Assembly (NCBI GenBank): GCA_013694495.1
Contig: JACDCH010000056.1
Span: 1 to 40,699, forward strand
Length of the DNA: 40,699 bases
Source: Acidimicrobiia bacterium
GTDB lineage: Bacteria; Actinomycetota; Acidimicrobiia; Acidimicrobiales; JACDCH01
Direction of reading: 5' to 3'
Part shown: piece by piece, positions 18,496 to 27,943 of the stretch
Layout of the letters: each line of letters opens with the position of its first letter
How positions within the stretch are numbered: the first letter of the stretch is position 1
Made by a program: the position numbers and the translations under genes
The notes under the pieces: generated by a model
The model's database searches: none
Seen by the model: the letters and a program-made list of their open reading frames with translations, nothing else
Told to the model about the DNA's origin: nothing

Positions 18496-20649
18496 ATGTC
18501 GATTGCGATCACCGACGAGCACAAGGCCCTGGCCGAGACGGCCTGGGAGTTCCTGCTGAAGCGCGACGCCCGGGGCGCAGCCCGGGCGCTGCTCGAGGCT
18601 TCCGCCGAGGAGCTGCCCCCGTTCTGGGGGGACCTGGTGGGGCTCGGCTGGACCGGCCTGCACCTCGCCGAGGAGCACGGCGGGTCGGGCTACGGGCTCG
18701 AGGAGCTGGTCGTCGTGGTCGAGGCGCTTGGCCGGGCCGTCGCCCCCGGGCCGTTCGTCCCGTCGGCGATCGCCAGCGCGGTGATCGCGTCGGCCGCCGA
18801 CGATGGCACGAAGGCCGACCTGCTGCCCGGCTTCGCCGACGGCACGTCGACCGCCGGCATCGCGGTCGACGGATCCGTCACGGTCTCCGGCGACACGGCG
18901 TCGGGCTCGGCGGTCGTGCTCGGCGGCGCCCTGGCCCGACTGCTCGTGCTCGGCGCCGGCGACGACGTGGTCATCGTCGAGCGCGATGCCGCCGGCGTCT
19001 CCGTCGAGACCCCGGTCAACCTCGACAACACCCGCCGCTCGTCGCGCGTCACCCTCGACGGCGCCGCCTGCACGGTCCTCCCGGGGGCGAAGCAGGTCTT
19101 GGTCGACGTGGCCCGCGTGCTGCTGGCGGCCGAGGCCGTCGGCCTGGCGCGCGAGTGCACGGATATGGGCGCCGCCTACGCCAAGGAGCGCCTCCAGTTC
19201 GGGCGCGTCATCGGCACCTACCAGGCCGTCAAGCACCACTGCGCCAACATGGCCGTCGCCACCGAGCTGGCCACCAGCGCCGTGTGGGACGCGGCGCGGG
19301 CCGCCGCTACCGGTGGGGAGCAGCTGTCCTACGCCGCCGCCGTCGCCGCCACGCTCGCCGCCCCGGCCGCCGACCTGTGCGCGAACCTCAACACCCAGGT
19401 GCACGGTGGCATCGCCATCACCTGGGAGCACGACGCCCACCTGTACATGCGCCGGGCCACCACGCTCCTCGGCTACCTCGCGGCCGACGGCGCGGCTCGC
19501 GACTGCACCGAGCTCGCGCGTCGCGGCGTGGTCCGGGCCAAGGCCATCGAGCTGCCACCCGAGGCCGAACCGATCCGCGAGGAGGTGCGGGCCTTCGCCC
19601 AGAGCATCACGGACCTCCCGGCCGAGGCGCAGCGCAACAAGCTCATCGAGACCGGCTACGTCATGCCCCACTGGCCGAAGCCCTACGGACGCGCGGCCGG
19701 CCCGATCGAGCAGCTCGTGATCGAGCAGGAGTTCGGCGATGCCGGCGTGAAGCGCCCGCAGTACGGCATCACCGCCTGGAACATCCTGACCCTGATCCAG
19801 TACGCCAACCAGGACCAGCTCGACCGCTGGGTGATGCCGGCGCTGAAGCAGGACGTCATCTGGTGCCAGCTGTTCAGCGAGCCCGACGCCGGCTCCGACG
19901 CCGCCGGGGTCAAGACCAAGGGCACCAGGGTGGACGGGGGCTGGCTCGTCAACGGCCAGAAGGTCTGGACCAGCGGCGCCCACGTCTCCGGCTTCGGCTT
20001 CGCCACGATCCGCACCAACCCCGACGTGCCGAAGCACGAGGGCATCACGATGGTCGTGATCGACATGCACGCCCCGGGTGTCGAGGTCCGGCCGCTGAAG
20101 ATGACCACCGGCAACTCAGAGTTCAACGAGGTGTTCTTCAACGACGTGCTCGTCCCCGACGACGACGTCGTGGGCCCTGTGGACGGAGGCTGGACCGTCG
20201 CCCGGGCCACGCTCGGCAACGAGAGCGTGAGCATCGGCGGGGGAGGCGGCGGGATGTCGATGCCCGGTTCCGCCCTCGTGCCGCTGCTCGACGCCCACCC
20301 CGATCGGCTCCCGGGCGGCGAGGAACGGGTCGGCCGCTACATCGCCAACCACGCCGCCATGGGGCTGCTCAACCTTCGCAGCGCCAACCGGGCGGTCGCA
20401 GCCAGCGGCCCCGGGCCTGAGGGCGCCATGACCAAGCTGGTGCTCTCCGAGCTCGGCCACGAGGCGGTGGCGATCCAGACCGCGCTGCACGGCGCCGAGG
20501 CCGCCTTCATGGACGGCGCCGCTGGCATCAGCAACTTCATGGTCCTCATGCACCGCGGCATGTCGATCGCCGGCGGCACGTCGGAGATCAAGCGCAACCA
20601 GATCGGGGAGCGCATCCTCGGCCTGCCGCGCGACCCGCTCATCAAGTAG
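18496..20649 (+). CDS. Fused double-domain acyl-CoA dehydrogenase (about 717 aa)
   Basis: The N-terminal half is an ACAD-like degenerate copy (WTGLHLAEEHGGSGYG...YAKERLQFGRVIGTYQAVKH). The C-terminal half is a complete ACAD (WCQLFSEPDAGSD...GQKVWTSGA...IAGGTSEIKRNQIGERILGLP). Confidence 0.9.
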   Translation: MSIAITDEHKALAETAWEFLLKRDARGAARALLEASAEELPPFWGDLVGLGWTGLHLAEEHGGSGYGLEELVVVVEALGRAVAPGPFVPSAIASAVIASAADDGTKADLLPGFADGTSTAGIAVDGSVTVSGDTASGSAVVLGGALARLLVLGAGDDVVIVERDAAGVSVETPVNLDNTRRSSRVTLDGAACTVLPGAKQVLVDVARVLLAAEAVGLARECTDMGAAYAKERLQFGRVIGTYQAVKHHCANMAVATELATSAVWDAARAAATGGEQLSYAAAVAATLAAPAADLCANLNTQVHGGIAITWEHDAHLYMRRATTLLGYLAADGAARDCTELARRGVVRAKAIELPPEAEPIREEVRAFAQSITDLPAEAQRNKLIETGYVMPHWPKPYGRAAGPIEQLVIEQEFGDAGVKRPQYGITAWNILTLIQYANQDQLDRWVMPALKQDVIWCQLFSEPDAGSDAAGVKTKGTRVDGGWLVNGQKVWTSGAHVSGFGFATIRTNPDVPKHEGITMVVIDMHAPGVEVRPLKMTTGNSEFNEVFFNDVLVPDDDVVGPVDGGWTVARATLGNESVSIGGGGGGMSMPGSALVPLLDAHPDRLPGGEERVGRYIANHAAMGLLNLRSANRAVAASGPGPEGAMTKLVLSELGHEAVAIQTALHGAEAAFMDGAAGISNFMVLMHRGMSIAGGTSEIKRNQIGERILGLPRDPLIK

Positions 20650-20656
20650 CCCGCGC

Positions 20657-21459
20657 TCAGGCCACCGGCTCGGCCCGCACGTACACGAGGGTGGCCACCC
20701 GATCGGCGGCCGTGTCGACCAACTCGACCTCCATCGGCCCCCGGGGCCGTCGCCGAGGAGGCGGCAGCGCGTCCGGACCGGCCCCACCCGCGCCTGCGCC
20801 AGGTAACGCAGGTCGAGATCGGTGACGACGACGGGCGCTCCCAGCCGGGCGCCGAGCAGCTCCTCGGCGGCGGCCTCGGCGACCAGCGCCACCATCGCGC
20901 CCTGGAGCGTCCCGGCCGGGTTGCACACGTCCGGGGTGACGGCGATCTCCACGACACCGTCGGCCGCGTCGACGACGACGATGCCCGCCTCCTCTCGCAC
21001 GGGCCGGTCGAGCGTCCCGGCGTCGTGGAAGAGCGCCGGCGCCGCCTCGGGGGCAACCATGACCTTGGGCGGATCGGTCGGCTTGCGGGGCACGGCGACG
21101 AAGGCCACGGCCCCGCTGCAAACCAGTGCGCCGGCGCCGTCGACGACGTCGACCACAGCGGTCCCGGACCGTCGCCCGTGGCGGAGGATCGTGGTCCGGG
21201 CGGTGAGGCGGGCCGGCGCCGCGACCGGCCGCATCCGCACCGACATGTCGGTCGTGAAGCACCAGGCGTCCGGGTCGACGTCGAGCGTGATGCCGGCCAC
21301 GGCGTCGACGAGGAACGAGAAGACGCTGGCCCGCACCATGCCGTGGTGAAGCACCTCGGGGTGCGGCGTGAGGTCGAGCAGCAGCGCATCCTCTTCGTAC
21401 CGGGCGGTGACGCCGAGTCGGGACGGGACTGCGGTCCGGCGGCTGGGAATGTCGGTCAT
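20657..21459 (-). CDS. Tandem hotdog-fold (PaaI-type) thioesterase with an apparent frameshift near its 3' end
   Basis: There are two PaaI-like halves (VRASVFSFLVDAVAG...; GTLQGAMVALVAEAAAEE...TDLDLRYLAQARVGPVRTRCRLLG). The last ~30 codons (PMEVELVDTAADRVATLVYVRAEPVA) lie in another frame. The shift falls in the CCCCCGGGG run at 20732-20754. Confidence 0.7.
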
Positions 21460-21524
21460 CGGTCTCCAGCGCTCGCGAGCCGCCGAAGGTAGCGACCGTC
21501 TGCTGCCGCGCTGTCACCCGGCGC

Positions 21525-21905
21525 TCACGCCGGGTCGACGGGACCGACGTACACCCAACGGCCGTCGTGGCGGGCGAACCCACTCGTCTCGGCGAGGAAG
21601 CCGAGACGGTGGTGGGCCCGGAACTCGACCGTGCCGTCGACGTCGAGGAGCCCGCCGCCGGCGACGGCGACGATCTCCAGCCGCCGCCAGCCGACATCGG
21701 GGTCGAGCGTCAGCGCGGACGGGGCGGTGGTCGGGTGCCAGGACCACCGCAGGTACGCGTCGTCGCCGACGACGTAGGCGCTGTAGCGCGACCGCATGAG
21801 CTGCTCGGCCGTGCCGGCGTCGGCTTCCCGACGGTGGAGCCGGCCGCAGCAGTCGTCGTAGCCGCCGCTCGCGCCGCACGGGCAGTTCGTCACGACGAGG
21901 TCCAC
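21525..21905 (-). CDS. YchJ-family (SEC-C motif plus NTF2-like) protein
   Basis: CPCGASGGYDDCCGRLH...AEQLMRSRYSAYVVGDDAYLRWSWHP parallels E. coli YchJ. GTG start at 21905 is assumed. An upstream ATG at 22034 is possible. Confidence 0.75.
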   Translation of the reverse strand: MDLVVTNCPCGASGGYDDCCGRLHRREADAGTAEQLMRSRYSAYVVGDDAYLRWSWHPTTAPSALTLDPDVGWRRLEIVAVAGGGLLDVDGTVEFRAHHRLGFLAETSGFARHDGRWVYVGPVDPA

Positions 21906-22032
21906 GGAGCCACTCGGACGCGCATCGACGGGAGCCTGGCACGGCTGGACGCCCCGGCCGAGGTGCTGGGGTGCGCCCAGTGGCTCCACCGTGGCCAGAC
22001 TCGGGGCCGACCGACGAGCGGAGAAGTGGACC

Positions 22033-22887
22033 ATGGACGGATCGCAGGGAGCAGGTAGCCACCTCGAGGGGCGGGTTGTGGTCGTGACCGGCGCGGGCGG
22101 CGGGTTCGGGAAGCTCATCGGCGAGCTGTCGGCGGCGCGGGGTGCCAGCGTCGTCGTCGGCGACATCGACGCGGCGGCGGCCGAGGCGACCGCGGCGGGC
22201 ATCAGCGCCAGCGGGGCCGAAGCGGAGTGGCTGGCGGTCGACGTCCGCCAGCTCGGCCAGGTGCAGGCGCTCGCCCAACGGGCCGTCGAGCGATTCGGCG
22301 CCGTCGACGTCATGGTGAACAACGCCGGGACCATGCCGCTCGCCTTCTTCGCCGACCACGAGCAGGCGTGGGAGGCCTGGGACCGTTGCATCGACATCAA
22401 CTTCAAAGGCGTGTTGAACGGCATCTGCGCCGTCCACGACCAGATGATCGAGCAGGGCCGTGGTCACGTCGTCAACATCTCGTCGATCTACGGCAACGCG
22501 GGCAGCGCCGGCTCCGGCGTCTACAGCGCCACCAAAGCCGCCGTGTCGATCCTCTCGGACTCGCTGCGGGTCGAGTCGCAGGGGAAGATCAAAGTCACCG
22601 TCGTCCGTCCCACCGGCGTGCTCGGCACCGGCCTCGGCGCGGGAGTCGTCAACCCGGCGGCGCTCGTGGGCATCGTCGGCCAGAATGAGCAGCGCTTCAT
22701 GGCGCGGATCACGGCGTTCATGAGCGGCACGCTCGACGGCCCTTTGGCCGATGTCGACGACCCCGCCTACTGGGCCATCGAGCCTGACGTCGTCGCCCGG
22801 GCCGTCGTCGAGGCCATCGACCAGCCGTGGGGCGTGACGATCAGTGACGTGACCGTCCGGGCCACCGGTGAGGACTACGTGCTCTGA
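22033..22887 (+). CDS. Short-chain dehydrogenase/reductase (classical SDR)
   Basis: VVVVTGAGGGFG (TGxxxGxG), NNAG, and S...YSATKAAV (catalytic YxxxK). Confidence 0.9.
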   Translation: MDGSQGAGSHLEGRVVVVTGAGGGFGKLIGELSAARGASVVVGDIDAAAAEATAAGISASGAEAEWLAVDVRQLGQVQALAQRAVERFGAVDVMVNNAGTMPLAFFADHEQAWEAWDRCIDINFKGVLNGICAVHDQMIEQGRGHVVNISSIYGNAGSAGSGVYSATKAAVSILSDSLRVESQGKIKVTVVRPTGVLGTGLGAGVVNPAALVGIVGQNEQRFMARITAFMSGTLDGPLADVDDPAYWAIEPDVVARAVVEAIDQPWGVTISDVTVRATGEDYVL

Positions 22888-22984
22888 GCCTCGTGACACC
22901 CGCGAACGCCGATGACGCCGACCGGCCCTACGGCTTCCGGCTCCTCGGCCCGGCCGACGAGTCGGGCCCTTGCGCGGCCGCACG

Positions 22985-23591
22985 GCGGGCGCGCACCTGG
23001 CCGCCATCAGTTGCCTTGAGGAGGAGTGGTTCGTCGCCGGCGACGCCAGCGCCTACGCAACCGACGGCGAGCTCGCCCCCGACGGGCGCTGGTCGGTGAC
23101 GCCGGCTTCCACGGCGCCGTTCCGGACGCGCCTGCTGGTGCGCCGCCCGCGCGACCCCCAGCGGTTCTCCGTCCACAGTCGCGGCGGAGGGGCGGCGCGC
23201 TTCGACGGCGATCCCGCATCCGCGGCTCCGAGGTCGGCTCCCGCCCCGATCACGACGAGCGAACCGGGCAGCACCACGATCGAGCGCGACGAGCACGGCC
23301 TGGCGCTCGGCGGGATCCCGACGCCGTCGGGTCGACGTGCCGCTGTCGGTGCTCAGTGGTGAGGCAGCACCGGCCGGCGACATCCTGTGCATGCTCTTCG
23401 GCAGCTCGACGCCGTTCGATGCGGCGACGCTCGCTTCGCTCTACCCGACGAGGGACTCGTACCTCGACGCGTTCGACGCCGCCCTCGACGAGACGGTCGC
23501 CGCCGGCTTCGCGCGGGCCGCCGACCGCGAGGCCTGCGTCGCCGAGGCCCGGGTCCGCGCCGACGAGCTCCTGTTCGGCTCGTCAGGGTGA
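22985..23591 (+). pseudogene. Remnant of an actinobacterial alpha/beta-hydrolase-domain gene (normally about 450-500 aa): N-terminal piece, short internal piece and C-terminus with a frameshift
   Basis: LEEEWFVAGDASAY....DGRWSV....FRTRLLVRRPRDPQRFS (N-terminal family block). A junk stretch follows. Then ERDEHGLALGGIPTPS, a shift near 23330, and VDVPLSVLSGE...ILCMLFGSSTPFDAATLASLYPTRDSYLDAFDAALDETVAAGF. The catalytic core is missing. Confidence 0.6.
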
Positions 23592-23731
23592 TCGAGGAGC
23601 CCCAGCGTGGTACGGCGACCCGGCCGGTCGGACCGGCGCGATTCGCCGAGGGCTGCGCACGCCGGTTGGGCGGGCATGCGCATCGACCGACGAAGCGAGC
23701 CCATGGCCGAGCGGGGCGGGAGCAGGCGGCA

Positions 23732-24568
23732 TCACAGCGGCCCGTAGTCGCCCCGAAGGAACTTGACGGCTTCGGTGGCGGTGGGGAACGAGCGGCTGAC
23801 GCCCGTGCCGAAGAAGCCGGCGTCGGTCAGCATCGTGATGCCGGTGACGCCGGCGGCGGCGTCGCTGCACAGGAAGACCAACGGGAAGGCCTGCTCGAGC
23901 GGGGTCGATGCCTCGATGCCGGCTTCCTCGCGGTAGTCGGCCCCGAAGCCAAGCCACTGCTCGGCGTTGGCCTGGGCCAGCGGCGTATTCGTGGGTCCCG
24001 GCATGATCGCGTTGATGCGGATGCCGCGCTTCAGCATGGGGAGCGCCTGGGACGCCACGTATGCGCCCATGACCTGCTTGCTCCACATGTAGTCGGCCCG
24101 GCCGTTCTCCTGGCACCATGTCGAGGCCTCGTCGAAGTCGGTGATCTCGAGGTAGGCGAGGATCTTGTCGAGGTTCGACTCCCAGCCCATGCCCGCAGCC
24201 GAGGAGATCATGCCGATCGCCGAGCCGCGCGGCAGGAGGTCGCGCTCGAGTAGCCGGCCGATCATGTAGCGGTGGCCGATGAAGTTGATCTTCTCTATCC
24301 CCGGCGTGCCGTCGGCCACGCCGGCGCACGAGAAGAGCGCGTGGATCGGCCCGCCGCACTCGTCGACGGCCGTGTCGATCGAGGCCTTGTCGGCCAGATC
24401 GAGGCGGAGGGCCTTCACGCCGTCGAGGGTGACCTCGGCCCGGTCCATGACGACGACTTCGGCGCCGGCGTCCTTCACGACCTCGGCGACGGCGGCGCCC
24501 ATGCCGGTGGCGCCGCCCACGACGACCGCCCGCTTGCCCTTGTAGCTGTATGCGTCAAAGAGACCCAT
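23732..24568 (-). CDS. SDR-family oxidoreductase (coniferyl-alcohol-dehydrogenase-like subgroup)
   Basis: AAGGAG SD. KRAVVVGGATGMGAA, MISSAAG, YMWSKQV and INAIMPGPTNTPL. Confidence 0.9.
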   Translation of the reverse strand: MGLFDAYSYKGKRAVVVGGATGMGAAVAEVVKDAGAEVVVMDRAEVTLDGVKALRLDLADKASIDTAVDECGGPIHALFSCAGVADGTPGIEKINFIGHRYMIGRLLERDLLPRGSAIGMISSAAGMGWESNLDKILAYLEITDFDEASTWCQENGRADYMWSKQVMGAYVASQALPMLKRGIRINAIMPGPTNTPLAQANAEQWLGFGADYREEAGIEASTPLEQAFPLVFLCSDAAAGVTGITMLTDAGFFGTGVSRSFPTATEAVKFLRGDYGPL

Positions 24569-24593
24569 GTCGTTCGTTGCTCCTTGTTGGTGG

Positions 24594-24720
24594 TCAGGCG
24601 ACGACGCCGCGGACCTTCAGGTCGATGATGGCGTCCATGTCGAGGCCGAGGCTTTCGTGGTCGCCATGTTCGTTGAAGTCGGGGGCCCGGCGCGTCGACG
24701 GCAGCTGGTCGCCGACGGTG
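24594..24720 (-). pseudogene. Orphan C-terminal coding fragment of unknown family upstream of the SDR
   Basis: The high-GC3 frame reads VTVGDQLPSTRRAPDFNEHGDHESLGLDMDAIIDLKVRGVVA then a stop at 24594. There is no usable start. Upstream it runs into the 19-nt tandem repeat. Confidence 0.25.
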
Positions 24721-24762
24721 ACGGGTGTGGCCCGGGGTGACGGGTGTGGCCCGGGGTGACGG
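24718..24762. repeat. 19-nt tandem direct repeat, about 2.4 copies
   Basis: GTGACGGGTGTGGCCCGGG at 24718-24736 and 24737-24755, both perfect, then GTGACGG. The unit length is not a multiple of 3. Confidence 0.9.
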
Positions 24763-24955
24763 CCCTGAGGCACACGGTGCGACGATGTGCCACCAGCGGG
24801 TCAAGGCAGCCTTTACGCTGCCCAACAGGCCGACCCCCGCCGGGGTTGGAACTCGGCGAGCGACGCCCTCTGGCCCACCGAGCACTTGCCGAAGAAGCTC
24901 GCGGTGGCGCGGGCGAGTACGCCGAGCACCTCGACGAGCACGAACTGGGGAACCT

Positions 24956-26014
24956 GTGACCGGCACCGAAACGACCACCCCCGCGATCACCGGCGACCGG
25001 GCTGAGCGGCTCGTGGCCTGGATGGACGCGGCGGGCCTGCCCGGCGCGGGCGCGCCGCTCGAGAGCCGCTACATCTCCGGCGGCAGCCAGAACGAGATCT
25101 ACGAGCTGCGCCGAGGCGACCTCCACGGCGCGATGCGCATCCCGCCGGCGACCGCTCCCGCCGACCGCGACAGCGGCATCGTGCGGGAATGGCGCATCAT
25201 CCAGGCTCTCGTCGGCACCGACGTGCCCCACACCGAGGCGGTCGCCGTGTGCACCGACCCCGGCGTGCTCGGGCGTACCTTCTACCTGATGGGCTTCGTC
25301 GAGGGGTGGTCGCCGATGGACCTGCGTGGCGGCCCGTGGCCGGCTCCGTTCGACGCCGACGTCGAGGCCCGCCACGGCCTCGCCTACGAGCTCGTCGAGG
25401 GCATCGCCCGGTTGTCCAAGGTCGACTGGCAGGGCCGCGGCCTGTCCGACCTCGGCCGGCCCGACGGCTACCACGAGCGCCAGGTCGACCGCTGGCTCGC
25501 CTTCCTCGACCGCATCGAGGGGCGCGAGATCCCGGGGCTCGACGTCGCCTCGGCCTGGCTCCGCGCCCACCGGCCCATCGACTTCATCCCCGGCCTGATG
25601 CACGGCGACTACCAGTTCGCCAACGTCATGTACCACCACGGCGGGCCGGCCCGGTTGGCCGCCATCGTCGACTGGGAGATGGGCACCGTCGGCGACCCGA
25701 AGCTCGACCTCGCGTGGGTCGTCGCGAGCTGGCCCGAGGCGCCCACGCCGATCGGGGAGCCGCCCGGCGGCTACGTCGACATGAGCGGCATGCCGTCACG
25801 AGCCGACGTGGTCGCCCGCTACGCCGAGGTGTCGGGCCGCCAGGTCGACGACCTGGACTACTACGTGATCCTCGCCCGCTGGAAGCTGGCGATCGTGCTC
25901 GAGCAGGGCTTCCAGCGGGCCGCCGACAGCCCGGCGCTCCAGGCCTTTGGCCCGATCGTCCTCGATTCCATGCGGGCGGCGGCGGAGCTCGCCGAGACGA
26001 CGGACTACCGGTGA
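24956..26014 (+). CDS. Phosphotransferase-family (APH/choline-kinase fold) protein of the ACAD-associated type
   Basis: ISGGSQNEIYEL, LMHGDYQFANVMY (Brenner motif HGD..N), IVDWEMGTVGDPKLDLA. GTG start at 24956 with a GGGGAA SD. Confidence 0.9.
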   Translation: MTGTETTTPAITGDRAERLVAWMDAAGLPGAGAPLESRYISGGSQNEIYELRRGDLHGAMRIPPATAPADRDSGIVREWRIIQALVGTDVPHTEAVAVCTDPGVLGRTFYLMGFVEGWSPMDLRGGPWPAPFDADVEARHGLAYELVEGIARLSKVDWQGRGLSDLGRPDGYHERQVDRWLAFLDRIEGREIPGLDVASAWLRAHRPIDFIPGLMHGDYQFANVMYHHGGPARLAAIVDWEMGTVGDPKLDLAWVVASWPEAPTPIGEPPGGYVDMSGMPSRADVVARYAEVSGRQVDDLDYYVILARWKLAIVLEQGFQRAADSPALQAFGPIVLDSMRAAAELAETTDYR

Positions 26015-26143
26015 CCCACGCCGGCGACGAGCTGGTGGAGGAGCGGCGGGGCGCCGTCTTCGATGCATCGCGCCAGGCGGGGCGCGAACGTCGCTGCGGT
26101 TCGTCAGTGCGCCAGGCTCCAGCCGGAATCAAGGGCTGAACCC

Positions 26144-27661
26144 GTGCACCTGGGGATGTTGTTGCAGATGGCCGCCGACGGCATGGGGGGGCGCGTCGCG
26201 CTCGGCCCCCGGACCGCCGGAATCACCTTCGCCGAGCTGGCCGAGCGGGCGCAGCGGGCCGGCACGATCTTCGCCGGCCACGCCGGCGAACGGGTGGTCC
26301 TGGTCGACCTGAACTCCCCGGCGGTGCCCATCGCGCTGTTCGGCGCCGGCCTCGCCGGTAAGCCGTTCGTGCCCGTCAACTACCGGCTCGCCGACGACCA
26401 GCTCCGTTCCCTCGTGCGCCGCGCCGCGCCGGCGACGGTGATCGCCGGCCCGGGCATCGCCGAGCGGCTCGGCCCCATCGAGGGTGTCGAGCTCCTGAGC
26501 CGCGACGAGCTGCTCGCCCGGTCGGCCGATCCCACGGTGCCCGGCGCTGATCCGTACGGCGGTGACCCCGACGACATCGCGGTCTTGCTCTACACGAGCG
26601 GCACCACCGGCGACCCCAAGGCCGCGGTCCTGCGCCACCGGAACCTCGCCTCCTACGTCATCTCGACAGTGGAGTTCGCCGGCAGCGACGAGGAGGAGGC
26701 GGCCATCGTCAGCGTTCCGCCGTACCACATCGCCGGCATCTCCTCGGTCCTGTCTGCCACGTACGGAGGCCGGCGTGTCGTCCACGTCGAGGCGTTCGAA
26801 CCACGCGTCTGGGTCGGCCTCGTCCGCGCCGAGCAGATCACCCACGCCATGGTCGTCCCGACGATGTTGAACCGCCTGCTCGACGTCATCGAGCAGGACG
26901 GCGGCGGGCTGCCCTCGCTGCGGGCGCTGTCCTACGGCGGCGGCCCGATGCCGTTGCCGGTCATCGAGCGGGCACTCGCCCTGCTGCCCGACGTCGGCTT
27001 CGTCAACGCCTACGGGCTCACGGAGACGTCGAGCACCATCGCCCTCCTCGCCCCGGCCGACCACGTCGCAGCGTTCGCCAGCTCGGATCCGGGGGAGCGG
27101 GCCCGTCTCGCATCGGTCGGGCGGCCGCTCCCCGGCGTGGAGGTCTCGATCCGCGACGCGTTCGGCGAGCCGGTCGGCGTCGGTGTCCGGGGCGAGATCT
27201 GGGTGCGGGGCGAGCAGGTGTCGGGCGAGTACCTCGGTGCCGGCACGGGCCTCGACGACGGCTGGTTCTGCACCCGCGACGAGGGCCTCCTCGACGAAGA
27301 GGGATTCCTGTTCGTGCACGGCCGCCTCGACGACTTGATCGTGCGGGGCGGGGAGAACCTCTCGCCCGGCGAGATCGAGTCCGTGCTCGTCGAGCACCCT
27401 TCGGTGGAGCAGGCGGCGGTGGTGGGCATCCCCGACGAGGAGTGGGGCGAGGCGGTCGTGGCCGCGGTCGTCCCCGTCGCCGGCGCGGCGGTCACCGAAG
27501 CGGAGCTGCGCGAGTTCGTGCGGGCCCGCCTGCGCTCGACGAAGACGCCCGATCGCATCGACGTGCGCACCGAGCTGCCCTACAACGAGACGGGGAAGCT
27601 CCTGCGGCGGGCCCTGCGCGCCGACCTGGCCACCGCCTTCTCGAGCTCCGCCGGCGCCTGA
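26144..27661 (+). CDS. AMP-dependent acyl-CoA synthetase/ligase (class I adenylate-forming)
   Basis: LLYTSGTTGDPKAA (A3 core), YGLTETS, WFCTRDEG, GRLDDLIVRGGENLSPGEIE, and a terminal K in NETGKLLRR. The start is GTG 26144 or ATG 26156. Confidence 0.9.
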   Translation: MHLGMLLQMAADGMGGRVALGPRTAGITFAELAERAQRAGTIFAGHAGERVVLVDLNSPAVPIALFGAGLAGKPFVPVNYRLADDQLRSLVRRAAPATVIAGPGIAERLGPIEGVELLSRDELLARSADPTVPGADPYGGDPDDIAVLLYTSGTTGDPKAAVLRHRNLASYVISTVEFAGSDEEEAAIVSVPPYHIAGISSVLSATYGGRRVVHVEAFEPRVWVGLVRAEQITHAMVVPTMLNRLLDVIEQDGGGLPSLRALSYGGGPMPLPVIERALALLPDVGFVNAYGLTETSSTIALLAPADHVAAFASSDPGERARLASVGRPLPGVEVSIRDAFGEPVGVGVRGEIWVRGEQVSGEYLGAGTGLDDGWFCTRDEGLLDEEGFLFVHGRLDDLIVRGGENLSPGEIESVLVEHPSVEQAAVVGIPDEEWGEAVVAAVVPVAGAAVTEAELREFVRARLRSTKTPDRIDVRTELPYNETGKLLRRALRADLATAFSSSAGA

Positions 27662-27719
27662 CAGTCGGCCGGCGACGGTCAAGAGCTCGGCGGCGGGCGG
27701 TGGTGGCGGCGGCGGGGCT

Positions 27720-27744
27720 ACGTCCGGGCTCTCCGCCCGGACGT
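27720..27744. terminator. GC-rich hairpin downstream of the ligase gene
   Basis: ACGTCCGGGC TCTCC GCCCGGACGT, a 10-bp stem with a 5-nt loop, 59 nt after the stop. No U-tract. Confidence 0.4.
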
Positions 27745-27811
27745 AGCGGCGCCCGTTCACGTCCGGCAAGGCCCCCGCTTCGCTCCTCGCCCACGCCTTG
27801 CGGGAGGTGCC

Positions 27812-27903
27812 GACCTTCCGTGATGTACACACCCTCCGGTCTGGTCGGCCGACAACCGGAGGGTGCCAGCAGGACCTTTCGGTCATGTACACACCCTCCG
27901 GTC
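27812..27903. repeat. Two about 30-nt direct repeats (perfect 19-nt core) 62 nt apart, the first embedded in a long hairpin
   Basis: GACCTTCCGTGATGTACACACCCTCCGGTC (27812-27841) and GACCTTTCGGTCATGTACACACCCTCCGGTC (27873-27903). The 11-bp stem CACCCTCCGGT / ACCGGAGGGTG lies at 27830-27840 and 27855-27865, with an inner GTCGGCCGAC palindrome. Confidence 0.85.
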
Positions 27904-27943
27904 GTGCGGCCGCCGTCGAGCGGGGCTGACCCGGCCGGTCGGC

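Noticed and set aside
22032-22035. Divergent genes sharing overlapping start codons in CCATGG (minus ATG 22034, plus ATG 22033).
   Set aside because: The YchJ-family protein almost certainly starts further in (GTG 21905, just before CPCG). The overlap is therefore probably an artefact of choosing the longest ORF.
24718-24762. CRISPR array or other spaced-repeat locus.
   Set aside because: The 19-mers are contiguous with no spacers and only ~2.4 copies. The 27812-27903 pair is only two copies. No cas genes are present.
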